Positions 10,153 to 21,734 of a DNA stretch of 64,000 bases are shown here, piece after piece. The DNA lies in NCBI GenBank assembly GCA_965644315.1, contig CBFFRQ010000084.1:1-64000 (forward strand), in the 5' to 3' direction. The first letter of the stretch is position 1; every line of letters starts with the position of its first letter. The notes under the pieces are model-generated. The model ran no database searches. It worked only from the letters and a program-made list of their open reading frames with translations, and was not told the origin of the DNA. Position numbers and translations under genes: made by a program. Source of the stretch: Caecitellus pseudoparvulus. Its lineage: Eukaryota; Protista; Bigyra: Bicosoecida.

Positions 10153-11172
10153 TCACTGCAGCTCCTTCTCTTCAAACGTCGCCCACGCCTTGTTCAGGGC
10201 CTGGAACACCTCGCTCGCAATGTACTCCTGGTCAGGGTTGGTGTCCCGGTTCTTGTCCGGGTGCACGATGCGGCAGGCCTTGAAGTAGGGGATGCGCACC
10301 TTCTTGGCGTCCACCAGCGCGCTCATGCTGACGCCCTTCCACTGCGGCTTGGCTTCTTCCCACAGGATCTTGCCCAGGTTGCTCAACAGGGCGCGAATGT
10401 TCCGCACCTCACCCGCAGCGTCATACCCCCATGCCTTCACCTCTGCCTCCAGCTTCTGCCGGGACGCGTCAAGCTCCTGCAGATGTGCTGCGGCAGCCGC
10501 CTGTGCCGCGCCCACGGCGCCCACTGCGGCAGCTGCCGAGGCAGCCTCAGCGCGCAGGCGCTTCACGATGGCGATTTGCACGGAGCGCGGCTTGCCCTTG
10601 TGCTCAGCTGGCACCTCTGCCGCGTACAGCTCGTAGTCCTCTTCGGGCACAGCTGGGGCAGGGGCTTGGGTCGCTGGAGGGGGCGTGCCTGCCGCACGCG
10701 GGGTGCCGGGGCGGGGACTGGCTTGGGGAGGGGGCGAGGCGGCTGCGCTGGGCCCAGAAGTCGCAGTCATGGCGCCACCTGACCGCAGCGTGAGTCCAGA
10801 TCCCTTGGGCAGGACACACTTGGCCTTGTCTGCGGTGGGCGTGGGAAAGAGGGGGGTGCAGGGGGGCGGGTGTGCCAGCCAGCGTCACCAGCACTCACCT
10901 AGCCGCAGCACCTTGGCATGCACGTTACCGCCCAGGGTGGGCACCTCTTGATCAGGCTCCAGGACATCCAGGTACGCATGGCTATCTCCCACAGGCACCC
11001 GGAAACGGAAGTGAAATGTGCCCAGCCCGTGCAGCGGGAAGCTCTCGTGCACGTCTTGCAGCGTCGGGGCTTTCCCCGGTGCGATGGGCAGGCGGTACGC
11101 ATTTGGACGCCCCGCCGTCTCGCCCTCCTCGTTCTGCAGGTGGTAGAAGCACAGACTCGCTTTGCCCGGCAT
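10153..11172 (-). CDS. DIX-like domain plus auxilin-type J-domain protein (intron 10830-10898)
   Basis: N-terminus CFYHL..PNAY..TLQDVHESFP..FHFRFR..YLDV..VPTLGGNVHAKVLRL is DIX/ubiquitin-like. C-terminus RNIRALLSNL..LW..WKGVSMSALVD..KVRIPYFKACRIVHPDK is an auxilin/Swa2 J domain. Confidence 0.85.
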
Positions 11173-11511
11173 GGTGCTAGGGTGTGCTGGAGGTTCAACG
11201 CAGGTGCGCAGGCACTGGCAGGCTGGGAGGTTGGTGTGGATTGCGCGAAACGCAGGTAAAACTCTGCAGATCAGGCAGCCAGCGATAAAGCACTGGAGCG
11301 GCAAGTAGGCGGGGCGAGGCATGTAGAGGGGGTGAATAAAATAATCTCAAATTCCAGTTGCCCGCGAGCCACCCCCTGTGCACAGGCCCCTCCACACACC
11401 CGGCTCTCGACAGCACGGCCGCACCAGCAGCGGCTTGGCGTGTTTGCTGCTTGTGTCCTTGCAAGCACGGTTCAGGCGCCGCAGGCCCCCCCAACCACAC
11501 TCCCGTCCGCC

Positions 11512-12352
11512 ATGGCTGGAGGCATCATGGAGTACAATGGCGGTGCCATCGTCGCCATGACCGGAAAGGACTGCGTCGGCATTGCCACGTGCGTTGGCGT
11601 TGCGAGGGTGCTGACATGGTGAAACGCCACCTTCCGCACACCGCGTCCCATGCGCACCACCTGCAGAGACACGAGGCTAGGCGTGCAGCTGCAGACGGTG
11701 GCGACAGACTTCAACAAGATCTTCTCCATGCACGACAAGCTCATGGTGGGCCTCACCGGCCTGGGCTCCGACGTCCAGACAATGTGCGTGGTGCTGGCGG
11801 CGTGTGTGTCCTGGCCCCCCCTCGCACCGCGCTTCTGCCCTCGCCGCAGGGCTGAGAACTTGCGCTTCCGCACCAACATGTACAAGTTCAAGGAGGAGCG
11901 GGACATCTCCCCCAAGACCTTCATGAACATGGTCTGCAGCATGCAGTACGCCAAAAGGTGAGCCGCCGCAGTGGCGTCGCCTGCCAGTGTGTCCAGCGCC
12001 CCTGCACACACCCCCACTTCTCCACGATGGCAGGTTCGGCCCTCTGTTCGCGAACCCTGTCGTGGCGGGGCTGGACGCGGAGGACAAGCCTTTCATCTCA
12101 GCTTCGGACGTTGTGGGTGCGCCTGTGTTCACGGACGACTTCGTCGTGTCAGGAACGTGCACAGAGAACCTGTACGGCACCTGCGAGAGCCTGTACGAGA
12201 AGGACATGGAGCCAGACCAGTTGTTCGAGACTCTGGCGCAGTGCCTATTGGCTGCTGTGGACCGTGATGCGTTGTCCGGGTGGGGCGGCGTCGTGCACAT
12301 CATCACTCCCACTGGGGTCTCCAGCAAGACCTTGAAGGCTCGCCAGGACTGA
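11512..12352 (+). CDS. PSMB3: 20S proteasome subunit beta-3 (introns 11589-11666, 11784-11849, 11958-12033)
   Basis: Motifs IMEYNGGAIVAMTGKDCVGIA, GLTGLGSDVQT, RFGP, DFVVSGTC, AVDRDALSGWG and the C-terminal LKARQD. Confidence 0.97.
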
Positions 12353-12364
12353 GTCGTGTTGCAG

Positions 12365-12374
12365 CAATGCATTG
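12365..12374. promoter_or_regulatory. Palindromic CAATGCATTG, candidate bidirectional 3'-end/poly(A) signal
   Basis: Lies in the 29-nt gap between two convergent stop codons. The same AATGCA hexamer recurs after many stops. Confidence 0.45.
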
Positions 12375-12381
12375 TCTCCCT

Positions 12382-15143
12382 CTACTCCGTCACCGTCGGC
12401 AGCACGCGCATGGAGCCACGCGCGGTGGAAGCTTGCCGCGTCAGCCGTGGCACGCCGCTTGGCACCGAAGGGGAAGCTGACTCTTCGTCCGTGCTCAGAC
12501 CCCCTGCTGAGAGGACGGAGGAGGTGCTGCTCTGCCGACGCAACATGCGCCGCGCGCCTGTATCCGGTGTGTGTGGGCGCAGGCGGGGCGGCATGGATGG
12601 CCCACCCTCGGCCTTTTCTGCGGGGGCGGACAAGTCGAACTCGCCGTGCGGGTCGTCTTCGCTCGCCCGCGAACCAGACGAAAACAGGCCAAGCAAGCCG
12701 CTGCGCTTGACACGCCGCTTTGGGGGTGCAGTTCCGATGGCACTGTATGCCTCTGCCAGGGCGATGGACCCAGCAGACTCAGGTCGAGGCGTTTCCCCCG
12801 TGGGAATGCCTCGGGAAGTAAGTGCCGCTGCAGACTCAGCGCCCTGCAACCTCTCCAGGACACTGGATGCTGCGGCGATGCTGTCCAGAGTCTCGCGGTG
12901 CTGCACCACGGCTTCCGGGGGTGCCACAGCAGCGGGGTCACGAACTCGTCCCCTGCTGCCGCCGCCGCCGTCGTCCTCGGCACCACCTTGCAGCAGGGTT
13001 CCAACGCCCAGTGCTGCAGACTGCGCCCCTGCCCTGGGCAACCGAGCAGCCAGGTCAGAGTAGCTGTCCACGTCCAACGCGAGGTTCTTGAACTTGGGCG
13101 ACAGCGCCTTGACGTTCACTTCCACTTGGCTCTTGTGCTCAGACTCCACGCTGTCGCCCGGCTCGTGAGGAGTGTACGACGGCCCTTGCCCAGCCTTCGA
13201 CTTCTCCAAGGCGTCGTCCACAGATGGCGTGACTTTAGCGCCCCCCACGTTGCGCTTTTCGGGGACAGGGACGCGGCACCACATGCGCAGGTGGCAGCAG
13301 CGCAGCATCGCAAACAGCGCAGCAGCCATGACGCAGCCGACGAGGAAAATGACCAGCACCGGGTGCAGTACTTCAGGTGGGGGGATGATGACCACCTCCT
13401 GTGGCCTGTCCACGAGCAGCAAGGGCTGGGAAGCGAGCCAAGGCACTTCGGATGCGTACTGATTGTTCTCCAGCACAAAGTACACGCTTGAAGTGTTCAC
13501 GGGAGCAGTGACGTAGATGCGGGCAAAGGTAGAGATGCCTCCACTGTACATGGCGGTGACTGGACCGGCCACACGCACGTCATTCAGCGCCACCACTTCC
13601 CCAGACTCGCGGTCGCGTTTCGGAGGGAACTCCGCGGGGTCCATGCGGGCTGTGATTTGGGTATCAGTTGTCACGTCGGTGATATGCCGGCCATGCCGGT
13701 CGCGGATGATGACGGCCGGGGGCTGTGGAAACCACTCCCCAGTGTACCAGAACTCCCCCCCCGCCACGTCGGATGTGTTGGCGTAGGACAGCTCAGTGGC
13801 AAAGTCCAGGCGGTGGGGACGGTAGAACGCCGATGGGCTGGCATCCAGCTCGCCGAGTGTGGGCGGTGAACTGCTGAGCAGTGAAACCGATGTCGGCGTG
13901 GGCCCCAGCTGTGCAAGCAGCCCGATCAGGTTAGTGCCGGGCAGGTTGGAGTCTACACTGCTATCCAAGTGCTGCCGAGGGGTGCGTTGGGAGAGAGGCA
14001 TGGGGCATGTCTCTGTCCCGTGACGCAGCGTAGCATTGCCAGCGTAGCAGGGTGAGCCGCCTCGCGTCATGTTCACGCGCATGTCCAGAAGGTGCGTCAG
14101 TCGCTCCTGCAGCATGAGCACCTCCCACTGCTCGGAAAACACCGTGAACGTGGCATTCATGCCTGTGACGTACATGTTCGTCGTGTCCTCGCCCCTGCTC
14201 ACCCGTGTTCCGGCAGTGTATGGGTCTCCGGGGTAGGGCAAGTTGATGTCGTCAAGGGTGATGATGCGCACGGCAGGCACTGGGACGTTCAGCAAGGTGG
14301 CGAGCCCTGACCGCAGTGCAAGGGGGACGAAGTTCCACTTGCCTATCCCTGCAAGTACCACGCCAGCACTAACACTGGAGCGGTACGCTGGGAACGGGTA
14401 CCGCAAGGAAGTGATGCGGTTGCAGTACCTGCCCTCCACCGCTCCGTAGTACTGTACACAGGACATCTGCGCCCCGCAGTCCTCAGAGGATGAGCACTTG
14501 TACCCTTGTTCACACTGCTTGCGGACACGGGCCCCACAGTCCACGTCCGACTGTGTGGAGGGAGCGATGGGGGTGCCACACTGCAGCGCTGAGGAACTTC
14601 TGTGCCATGCTCTCACCTCTCCTCCATTCGTGAGCCGGTCCGAATCCGAGAAGCCAGCACACTTGCGCCCCATGCCGACGCCAACACATTTCTTGGACAG
14701 GCAATCAGTGCCAGTGAAGCAGAACTTCTCCCCTGAGCACCCCGCGCAGTTTGGCCCTCCACAATCTGAAGACCAGCGCGCCAGCACAAGCCGTCCAAAC
14801 GGAGGAAGCGTATCGCGTGGGAGGTAAGCCACGCACCGATATATGATTCGCCGTTGTTCTCAATGTTGTCTGAACAGGTTGCGGGCTCGCAGAAACCAAA
14901 GAGGCAGTTCTTGGATTCACAGTCTGCCCCGCTGAGGCAAGCAGCACCTGCGCTGCCTGCAGCTCCTGCGCACTCCGATGGGCACACGAGTGCACAGCGC
15001 TGGGCAAGGCGCGAAGCAGAAATTCCCGACTCACGAACTTGCTGCCAAAGGCAGGCAGTTTCTGAAAGCAGGAGCAGTCCAATGAGGCAAGCGCGGGTGG
15101 AGCGCCAAGGAGTAGGCGTGCGTTTCCATGGGAAACGCCACAT
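12382..15143 (-). CDS. Type I membrane/surface protein with Cys-rich C-D-x-x-x-N-x-G-E-S-x-x-D-C-G repeats and a SEA-like segment (several introns in the 5' part)
   Basis: Hydrophobic N-terminal segment. Repeats ATCSDNIENNGESYI|DCGGPNC and SDRLTNGGE|SDVDCGA. Single TM PVLVIFLVGCVMAAALFAML followed by a Ser-rich tail. Confidence 0.7.
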
Positions 15144-15670
15144 GCTGCGCAGCCCCCCAGCTTGACACAGAAGCCTGCGACTCGGCCGAGGAAACTACCT
15201 GACCGATACCCTTTGAGACTTGCAGCTTCCACGCACACACGCGCCTCTTCGCACTCAGCGGCGCGTGAGTAGCTTCACGTTCAGCTGCTGCGGCGCTCCC
15301 AACGTTGACTTGGCACTCGCAGCATGCATTGGGAAGGCCCATCAGCCTGCGCTACAGACACCAGACTTCAATTCAAGGCATTCTCCATTCTTGAATTTGG
15401 CACGGTCGCGCCCACAGCAGCGGGTTGTCTGGTGGAGCCCCCAGACTGTCACGCCAGCAGCACGACCTCAGCAGTGCACACGCGCTCCGCCGGCAAAACG
15501 CACACTCTCGAACCTCCCCGCGCACAAAGTGGAAACACACACTCGTCCATCGTTGAAGACTGCCACTTGCCTGGCGTGGCGTGCGAAACCAGCCCAGCTC
15601 GCGGCGCGCTGAATCGTCGCGCGGGCCGTTTCTACACCTGCTCAGAGTCAACGCCGGCAAGCCCGCCGCA

Positions 15671-16621
15671 ATGACGTCACCCGAGGCGAGCGCACAGCGT
15701 CTCATGCACGCAGAGACTCGGTTCATGCATGCCAAAGCGCGCCTGCTCGCTTTGCTGCGCCCTGAGGAAGGGCAAGGCGGAGGTGCCGAAGCTGGTTGCG
15801 AGAGAGCCACACAGCAACTTCCGCAGCTTCCAACACGCCCACGTGTCACTGAACGAGAGCAGCTTGGATCCACCGGCCTGACTGCAGTCCACCCCTACCA
15901 TGCTTCGGTGGTGAGCAGTGGGAGTCCGCCTAGAGGCATGCAGTCTCCGCAACACGCTTCCAATGCTCATCGCCACTTGAGCAGCTTGCACGCTGCCCCG
16001 ACACCAAAGGCGCCGGAAAGGGTCTTGCGCAGCTCTGACGTGCCGGCCTCCCCACACACCTACTCAGTGGATACGTTGGACTCTGCTTCATTGCTCTTTT
16101 CGTCCCTGTCCAGAAGTGCAGCGCCTGCACACGGCGCGCCAGGGCATTCCTCTGAGCAGCTCGAAGAACATGGTAGCCGCGCAGAGCAGCCGCGCGGCGG
16201 CCGCGAACGCCATGGGCGGGCACGAAGAGGCACTGAGCTCGCTGAACCACACGCTGCCTTGGGTCACCAGGCCAGCCGCACCGTGCAGCGGGGGGGCAAA
16301 GCAAGTCGCCAGCCGCCCAAGAAGCGCACGAGCGCGCCGCCACCAAAGAAGCGAGGCTTTGACCTGTCGCTGGGCCCAGCCCATGACACGCACAACCGCA
16401 AGCTCAGACAGGAAGCCCTGGCCCTGACAGACGAGCGCATTCTGCAGCAGCGACGGGAGCGCGCCCGGCTGCTGCGGGCGAGCAAACGCCGAGGTGCTGT
16501 GGGGAGCGCGGCGCCTCTGCGCCCCTCGTACACCAGCACTGCCGGGCGCATGGTGCTCAGCGCACAGCCTGCAGGGGGGCGAACAAAGGGGGCCAGGGAG
16601 ACGGCTGTGAAAACTCGCTGA
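15671..16621 (+). CDS. Hypothetical low-complexity basic protein
   Basis: 316-codon ORF from ATG 15671, ending 17 nt from the convergent membralin stop. No recognisable domain. Confidence 0.55.
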   Translation: MTSPEASAQRLMHAETRFMHAKARLLALLRPEEGQGGGAEAGCERATQQLPQLPTRPRVTEREQLGSTGLTAVHPYHASVVSSGSPPRGMQSPQHASNAHRHLSSLHAAPTPKAPERVLRSSDVPASPHTYSVDTLDSASLLFSSLSRSAAPAHGAPGHSSEQLEEHGSRAEQPRGGRERHGRARRGTELAEPHAALGHQASRTVQRGGKASRQPPKKRTSAPPPKKRGFDLSLGPAHDTHNRKLRQEALALTDERILQQRRERARLLRASKRRGAVGSAAPLRPSYTSTAGRMVLSAQPAGGRTKGARETAVKTR

Positions 16622-16638
16622 TGCCCGCGGTCTGCATG

Positions 16639-18747
16639 CTATTCAACAGAACTGGGGCCAGCGGGCGAGGCTTGTGGGGGGCGGTGCCGCACGCGGGTTG
16701 GAGGTGCGAAGTACTGGTCAATGAGCTGTGGAGTGACGCCAGTCCCGCCAGCCATGGCCGCTGGCATGGTGGACCTGCTGGGCTGCTGTGCTGCAGCTGG
16801 GGCGGGTGGTGGGCCAGTCTGAGTCTGCGCGCGCGTGATGGCGCTGGTGACATCCTGTACGACGCCGGACGTGGCGAGGGGGTCACGGGGCTCCCCGCCA
16901 GACCCAGACGCCCACGCCAACTCCGAGTCATCATCGTAGCGGAACCTGGTTTGCGCAAGGGTCGTGGGCGCCGGGGCGGGGTCCGCGGCTGGCTGTGCCG
17001 TCGTCTCCGCATACCGCACTCGGCGTGCAGGCGGCTCGGGCACGTGCTGGGGGGCGGGAGCCGCGTCCCGCTCCGGTGCCACGAAGGGCACGCCGTTCCC
17101 CATCATGACTTGCGTCACTGCCGAGTTCACAGCGCCATCTCTGGGGTTGGCCTGCGTCAGGCGGCCAGAGAGCAGGGCAGGCAGCTCATGCCGAGCCCAC
17201 AAGTGCCACACGGCGCAGAACAGCCCCGCCACGACTGTGTGCAGGCAAATGTAGTGGAAGCCAAAGGGGAAGGACAGGTAGTACACGTGGAACCACAGCA
17301 TGAGCAGGAAGACGACGCGGGGGAACACCTCCAGGCTGCCCGTCGTGCGCACAGACACGACCCCATACACCTCTGCAAACCACGTCACGAGCAGGACGAG
17401 GAAGGCCAGCAGCTGGTCCCCAAAGAATTCAAACAGGAAAAACAGCACCCCAAGCATGATGGGCACGAAGACAAGGGAGGAGGCAGAGTGCGCCACAATG
17501 AGCGGCAGTAGAGGCCGCCGCGAACGCACGTTGCGCTGCAGGGCCAGGGTGAAACGCATCATGCGCGCCTGCGTCTCGCTGAGGATGTAGCTGACCAACA
17601 CGCTGGTCGCAGCTTGAATGAAGACGGCGCTGATGAGCGACCCCAGTTTGAACAGGGCCACTCTGTCCCACGAGGTAGTGAAGGCGCGCACTTCCGACCC
17701 ATGGCTCAGGTGGTGCGTGCGTAGGCTGCCGTGGGACTGCAACAACCCCACCTGCTGCCCACGTGTGAAGGAACCCTCGCTGTCGGGGAGGGTGAGTGCT
17801 GCTGTGATGGCGTTCAAAGGCACGGGGTCGTGGGCTCCCAGCATCCCGAGCAGGGTCACCCCAAGCGGCGTGCCCATTGTGCACTGTGCGCGAACCGGCT
17901 TGCAGGCGGGAGCTGGTGCGAAGGAGGTGTGCCAGTGCCGCCCAGCTTGTGCAGAGCTGGTGTTGTCGGGGAACAGTCGGACGGGGGCTGCCCATGGCCC
18001 TGGCTGCACCAGCGCCGCCGGCGGCTGGCAGGGTAGGGTGATGGACAAGGTGCCAGGTCGAAGGGAGAACCCAGACACCAAGCTCTTGAACCACGCGAGA
18101 GACGCTCCTCCCAGGCCGCCCAGGCCGCCTGAGGGGTCCCCACTCCCTGCAGGCAGCATGGGCACGCGCAAGTACGCCTCTCGAAGGCTCAAGCGCCCGG
18201 CGCGGCGTTCAGACAGGTCCAGAATGCCAGCGTCTGGGGAGAAGGTGAACTGGAAGCCCGCCCCCTGCCCTGGCAGCTGATCAGGTCCAGGTGTGGGTGA
18301 GAGGAGGGACGGCTCGGCATCCCCCCACTCTGTGTGTTCCAGACTGATGTGCATGCGGTCTAGTCCGCCAAGGCCCCCGGCAGCCTGCACTGCGCTGGCA
18401 GTTTGCAGCGCCAGGCACGATGGCTGGTTGGCTGGGAAGACATACCAGTAATGCAGGTACGCCAGGGCTGCTAGGAGCGTGAAGACGTAGGCAATGCAGC
18501 CCATTTCAACCAGCTTGCGGGCCTGGGGCACAGCAGGCTTTGTGGCGTAAATGAACCGTGGGCAGGGTGACTGCGGAAGTTGGATGCGGCACTTACCGCA
18601 GGGGAAAATAGGCGAGCCACCAGCAGCGACACACGGAGGTGAATGCGGAAGATGATCTGCGCATGCGTAAACCATGCATTTCACCTGCATATTTCGGAGG
18701 ACGGGCTGCTCGTCACATGCACGCACGTGTTGCAGGTCCATGGCCAT
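16639..18747 (-). CDS. TMEM259: Membralin (TMEM259) (introns 18657-18726, 18523-18596)
   Basis: Spliced start MAMDLQHIIFRIHLRVSLLVARLFSPAARKLVE. Core LSETQARMMRFT..SLVFVPIMLGVLFFLFEFFGDQLLAFLVL..RT..S..FPR..HVYYLSFPFGF. Confidence 0.92.
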   Translation of the reverse strand: MAMDLQHVRACDEQPVLRNMQVKCMVYACADHLPHSPPCVAAGGSPIFPCGKCRIQLPQSPCPRFIYATKPAVPQARKLVEMGCIAYVFTLLAALAYLHYWYVFPANQPSCLALQTASAVQAAGGLGGLDRMHISLEHTEWGDAEPSLLSPTPGPDQLPGQGAGFQFTFSPDAGILDLSERRAGRLSLREAYLRVPMLPAGSGDPSGGLGGLGGASLAWFKSLVSGFSLRPGTLSITLPCQPPAALVQPGPWAAPVRLFPDNTSSAQAGRHWHTSFAPAPACKPVRAQCTMGTPLGVTLLGMLGAHDPVPLNAITAALTLPDSEGSFTRGQQVGLLQSHGSLRTHHLSHGSEVRAFTTSWDRVALFKLGSLISAVFIQAATSVLVSYILSETQARMMRFTLALQRNVRSRRPLLPLIVAHSASSLVFVPIMLGVLFFLFEFFGDQLLAFLVLLVTWFAEVYGVVSVRTTGSLEVFPRVVFLLMLWFHVYYLSFPFGFHYICLHTVVAGLFCAVWHLWARHELPALLSGRLTQANPRDGAVNSAVTQVMMGNGVPFVAPERDAAPAPQHVPEPPARRVRYAETTAQPAADPAPAPTTLAQTRFRYDDDSELAWASGSGGEPRDPLATSGVVQDVTSAITRAQTQTGPPPAPAAAQQPSRSTMPAAMAGGTGVTPQLIDQYFAPPTRVRHRPPQASPAGPSSVE

Positions 18748-19049
18748 GGCGGTGGGTGGCGAAGAGCACCACGCCGCTTGAAGCGGTGGCCCGCAACGCG
18801 GAAGGGTCTCCCCGCCTCTCTGGCGCCGAGCTCAAAGGGGGCAGCCGGACACACCACAAGGCTCGCGCACATTTCAAGACCCAGGTCGGGAGGGTTGACT
18901 GCGCGTACTGGCGGCAGCACCGCCAGAAGCCGCAGTGACGTGATTTTGGAGAGCGAAGTGCATTGGCCAGCGGCGCAGTTTGGCGAAGCATCGGCGATGC
19001 CGCCACGCCGCAGGCGCACGCAGGGCAGAACAAACGCAACACAACACAA

Positions 19050-21734
19050 TCACTGCATGGGCTGGGCCCCTGTGCCTGGGAAGGCGTCGGGCGTGGGGGT
19101 GTCTGTCAGCCACAGCTCCAGCAGCCCTCCACCGCTGATCTGCGCATGCTGCAGAAACGGCTGCGTCAGAACCTCGCCGTTCCACGCTGCACGCGCAATG
19201 TACACATTCCCCGTCACAGGCGGTACGGTGCGCAGCAGATCTGTCGTTTGCGTCGACCAGCGGCCAGGAGTCGTTCGGTGAGAACGGGCCGCTGCGCGCG
19301 CCTGCGCTGCGAGTGGTGCCAAGTGCTCTGCAACGCAGGAAGCGGCAGCTTGACTTGGCTGGCGGGCCTCGCCGGCAGCTTCCATGCAGCGCAACAGCTG
19401 GGCAGTGGGGGGAGGGGGCCTTGGATGGGACACACTGGACTGCGGGAAGGACACCTCCGTCCAGTTGTGTGCCAGGATGGCCAGTGTGCCGCCAGAGGGC
19501 AGGGTGAAGTTCAAAGCCGGCAGCGCAGGCGTGCTGAGTGTGAACGTGGAAGTGCCAGTCAAAGGGTACAGCCCTGCGATGCCCCACACGGCCCATGCAG
19601 ACATAGTGCCATAGTCATCGTTGCCTGGGATGCCGCCAGGCCCAGCGTTGTACACCTGCCCGGAGGAGAGAATCCACCGAGTCCAGAACTGCGTGAGGGG
19701 CGCGAATTCCGCAGCCTTCCCCGGCGCAGACATCCAGTTGAACAGCCACGGCTCCAGCAAGTCCGGCTCGTTCCCACCCCAATAGTACGGGTTGGGCAGC
19801 GTCGTGCCCCCCACCCAGTTTGGCGTCGAGGCGAAGACGGCCGCCAACGCAGCAGCTGCACCAGCGTGCCCCGGTGTGGCCGAGTCTGCGAACAGCTGCA
19901 CCAGGCCAGGAATGTCCCCTGGCACAAAGTACGTCCACTGCAGGGCATCCCCTTCCGTGTACCCTGTCGGGATGGGGTATGGCAGGGCGGGGTCCACTGG
20001 GCAGGCCCAGGAGCCGTTGGCGTGGCGCGGGCACATGAGCTGGTGTGAGGGGGACCAGACGTTGGCGTAGTCCTGGGCCAACTTGCGCAGCACACCCAAC
20101 TCGCCACTGGGAACACCTGCAGCTTCACCCAGCACCAGCGTGGCTGCGGCGTCGAAAGCCAGCGCCAGCGTGCGGCTCGCACCGATGTGGTCCGACGCAG
20201 GCACGAAACCCCGCTGCAACATGCCATGTTGCTGCGCTTTGCCCACGACTGAGGCATTTGCGGCAGCGAAAATGTCACCGCAGGACACACCAGTGCCACC
20301 CCAAGCGTCACAGCCAAGTTTCAACACGGCGTCGGCCATGAGGGGCACGCCGTGGGAGCCAATCATGCAGCCAGTGTACACGTTCGCGAGCGGCCAGACA
20401 GGGAGACTGCCGCCCATGCGAGCCGCAGTGACGAGGCTCCACACGGCATCCCGGGCCACAGTGGGGTGGAACAGGCTCATGAGGGGGGCGTGGGTGCGGT
20501 GTGTGTCCCACAGGGACATGTCTGACAGGGCACGCACGCCGCTGGGCGCAGTGCCCACACCACCTCCGAACGCCGGGAACTGCCCCCCACCCTCAGTGTA
20601 CGTGGACGGTGCCTGCACAGTGCGGTACCAGGCTGCTGCAAGGATGGCCAATGTGGCCTGGGAGGGCGCCCCAGCGCCCTGCTGCAGCGTGGGGGGCGCC
20701 GCAGGCGAAACAGTCGCAAAGTGGCCCGCCCACTGCTTCTGCGCACCAGCCACGGCCGCTGGGAAGGGCATGCATGCTTGGTTGGGAGGGCACTGGTCAG
20801 ACGCCAGGGTTTCCACTGCATGTTGTGCTGAGAGGAAGCTCAGGGCGCTGCGGAAGGTCCACGTGGCGTTGCCGGAATCGGCCAGCAGGGTGGCGCTGGC
20901 GCCAAGAGATCCGGAAGTCGTGTTCACTCCCCACTGGGAAGCCAGGGCCACGCCCGGCACGGATGCGCCGTCTTTCCACCCTGATAGTGCAAACGGGGCG
21001 CCCTGGGCGTCCAGCCGAGCGTGCAGCCACATGGGCAGAAAGCCGGAAGTCGCCCTGCCTGACAGTGACCCGTGGAAGTGCACGCTGGCGCTGAGGCGGG
21101 CCAGGGAGCACTGGGAGGCCGTGCCGTTCGCACACAGCACTTGCACGGAAGCAAAGCGGCAGGCAGCCGCCTGGCCCGTCACAGAGTGGCAGACATCCAG
21201 GAGCAGTGCCCGAGCAGGTCGCGCTGTTTGCCTCACGTGCAGCATGCCGCTGTGCGTGCCGGTGGCGGTGGCAGACACGACAGCACCGACATCAGGGAGC
21301 GCCACGGAGTACAAGCCCGGCACTGCCACCTCCTGTGTATGGGTGAAGCGCGTGGCGTAGCAGGAGCGCGAGAAGCAGCTGGAGGCGTTGGCGGTGACCA
21401 TGACGCCAAAGTTGCCCAAGTCGCCCACGCCAGCGCCCACGGTGTGCGTGTGCGAGAAGGCAGCGATGTGGCTATCGTCGTAAGCATACCCCCCGTAGTG
21501 CTGGAAGGGCAGGTCCAGGAAGGAGGTCGTGTCAGGCCCCAGGCGCAGGACGCCAAAAGGCACCTGCACACCAGGCAGCTGAGCGCCAGCGCCGAAGCCG
21601 AACCCGCCTGTGCCCCACGTGAGATCGGCAAGACCCATGAGATCCACGTGGCTGGGTGTAGGTGGGGACGCCGCAACAAGACACCCCATCACGAGTGCTG
21701 CCGCAGCCAAGCCCGCCAGCGACGTGTGCGACAT
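19050..21734 (-). CDS. Secreted glycoside hydrolase family 92 (alpha-1,2-mannosidase)
   Basis: Signal peptide, then PFGVLRLGPDT, GYAYDD..FSHTH..GAG..DLGNF, SLWDTHRT, CMIGSH, YTEGDALQWTYFVP, GNEPD and GIPGNDDYGTMSAW. Confidence 0.93.
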   Translation of the reverse strand: MSHTSLAGLAAAALVMGCLVAASPPTPSHVDLMGLADLTWGTGGFGFGAGAQLPGVQVPFGVLRLGPDTTSFLDLPFQHYGGYAYDDSHIAAFSHTHTVGAGVGDLGNFGVMVTANASSCFSRSCYATRFTHTQEVAVPGLYSVALPDVGAVVSATATGTHSGMLHVRQTARPARALLLDVCHSVTGQAAACRFASVQVLCANGTASQCSLARLSASVHFHGSLSGRATSGFLPMWLHARLDAQGAPFALSGWKDGASVPGVALASQWGVNTTSGSLGASATLLADSGNATWTFRSALSFLSAQHAVETLASDQCPPNQACMPFPAAVAGAQKQWAGHFATVSPAAPPTLQQGAGAPSQATLAILAAAWYRTVQAPSTYTEGGGQFPAFGGGVGTAPSGVRALSDMSLWDTHRTHAPLMSLFHPTVARDAVWSLVTAARMGGSLPVWPLANVYTGCMIGSHGVPLMADAVLKLGCDAWGGTGVSCGDIFAAANASVVGKAQQHGMLQRGFVPASDHIGASRTLALAFDAAATLVLGEAAGVPSGELGVLRKLAQDYANVWSPSHQLMCPRHANGSWACPVDPALPYPIPTGYTEGDALQWTYFVPGDIPGLVQLFADSATPGHAGAAAALAAVFASTPNWVGGTTLPNPYYWGGNEPDLLEPWLFNWMSAPGKAAEFAPLTQFWTRWILSSGQVYNAGPGGIPGNDDYGTMSAWAVWGIAGLYPLTGTSTFTLSTPALPALNFTLPSGGTLAILAHNWTEVSFPQSSVSHPRPPPPTAQLLRCMEAAGEARQPSQAAASCVAEHLAPLAAQARAAARSHRTTPGRWSTQTTDLLRTVPPVTGNVYIARAAWNGEVLTQPFLQHAQISGGGLLELWLTDTPTPDAFPGTGAQPMQ

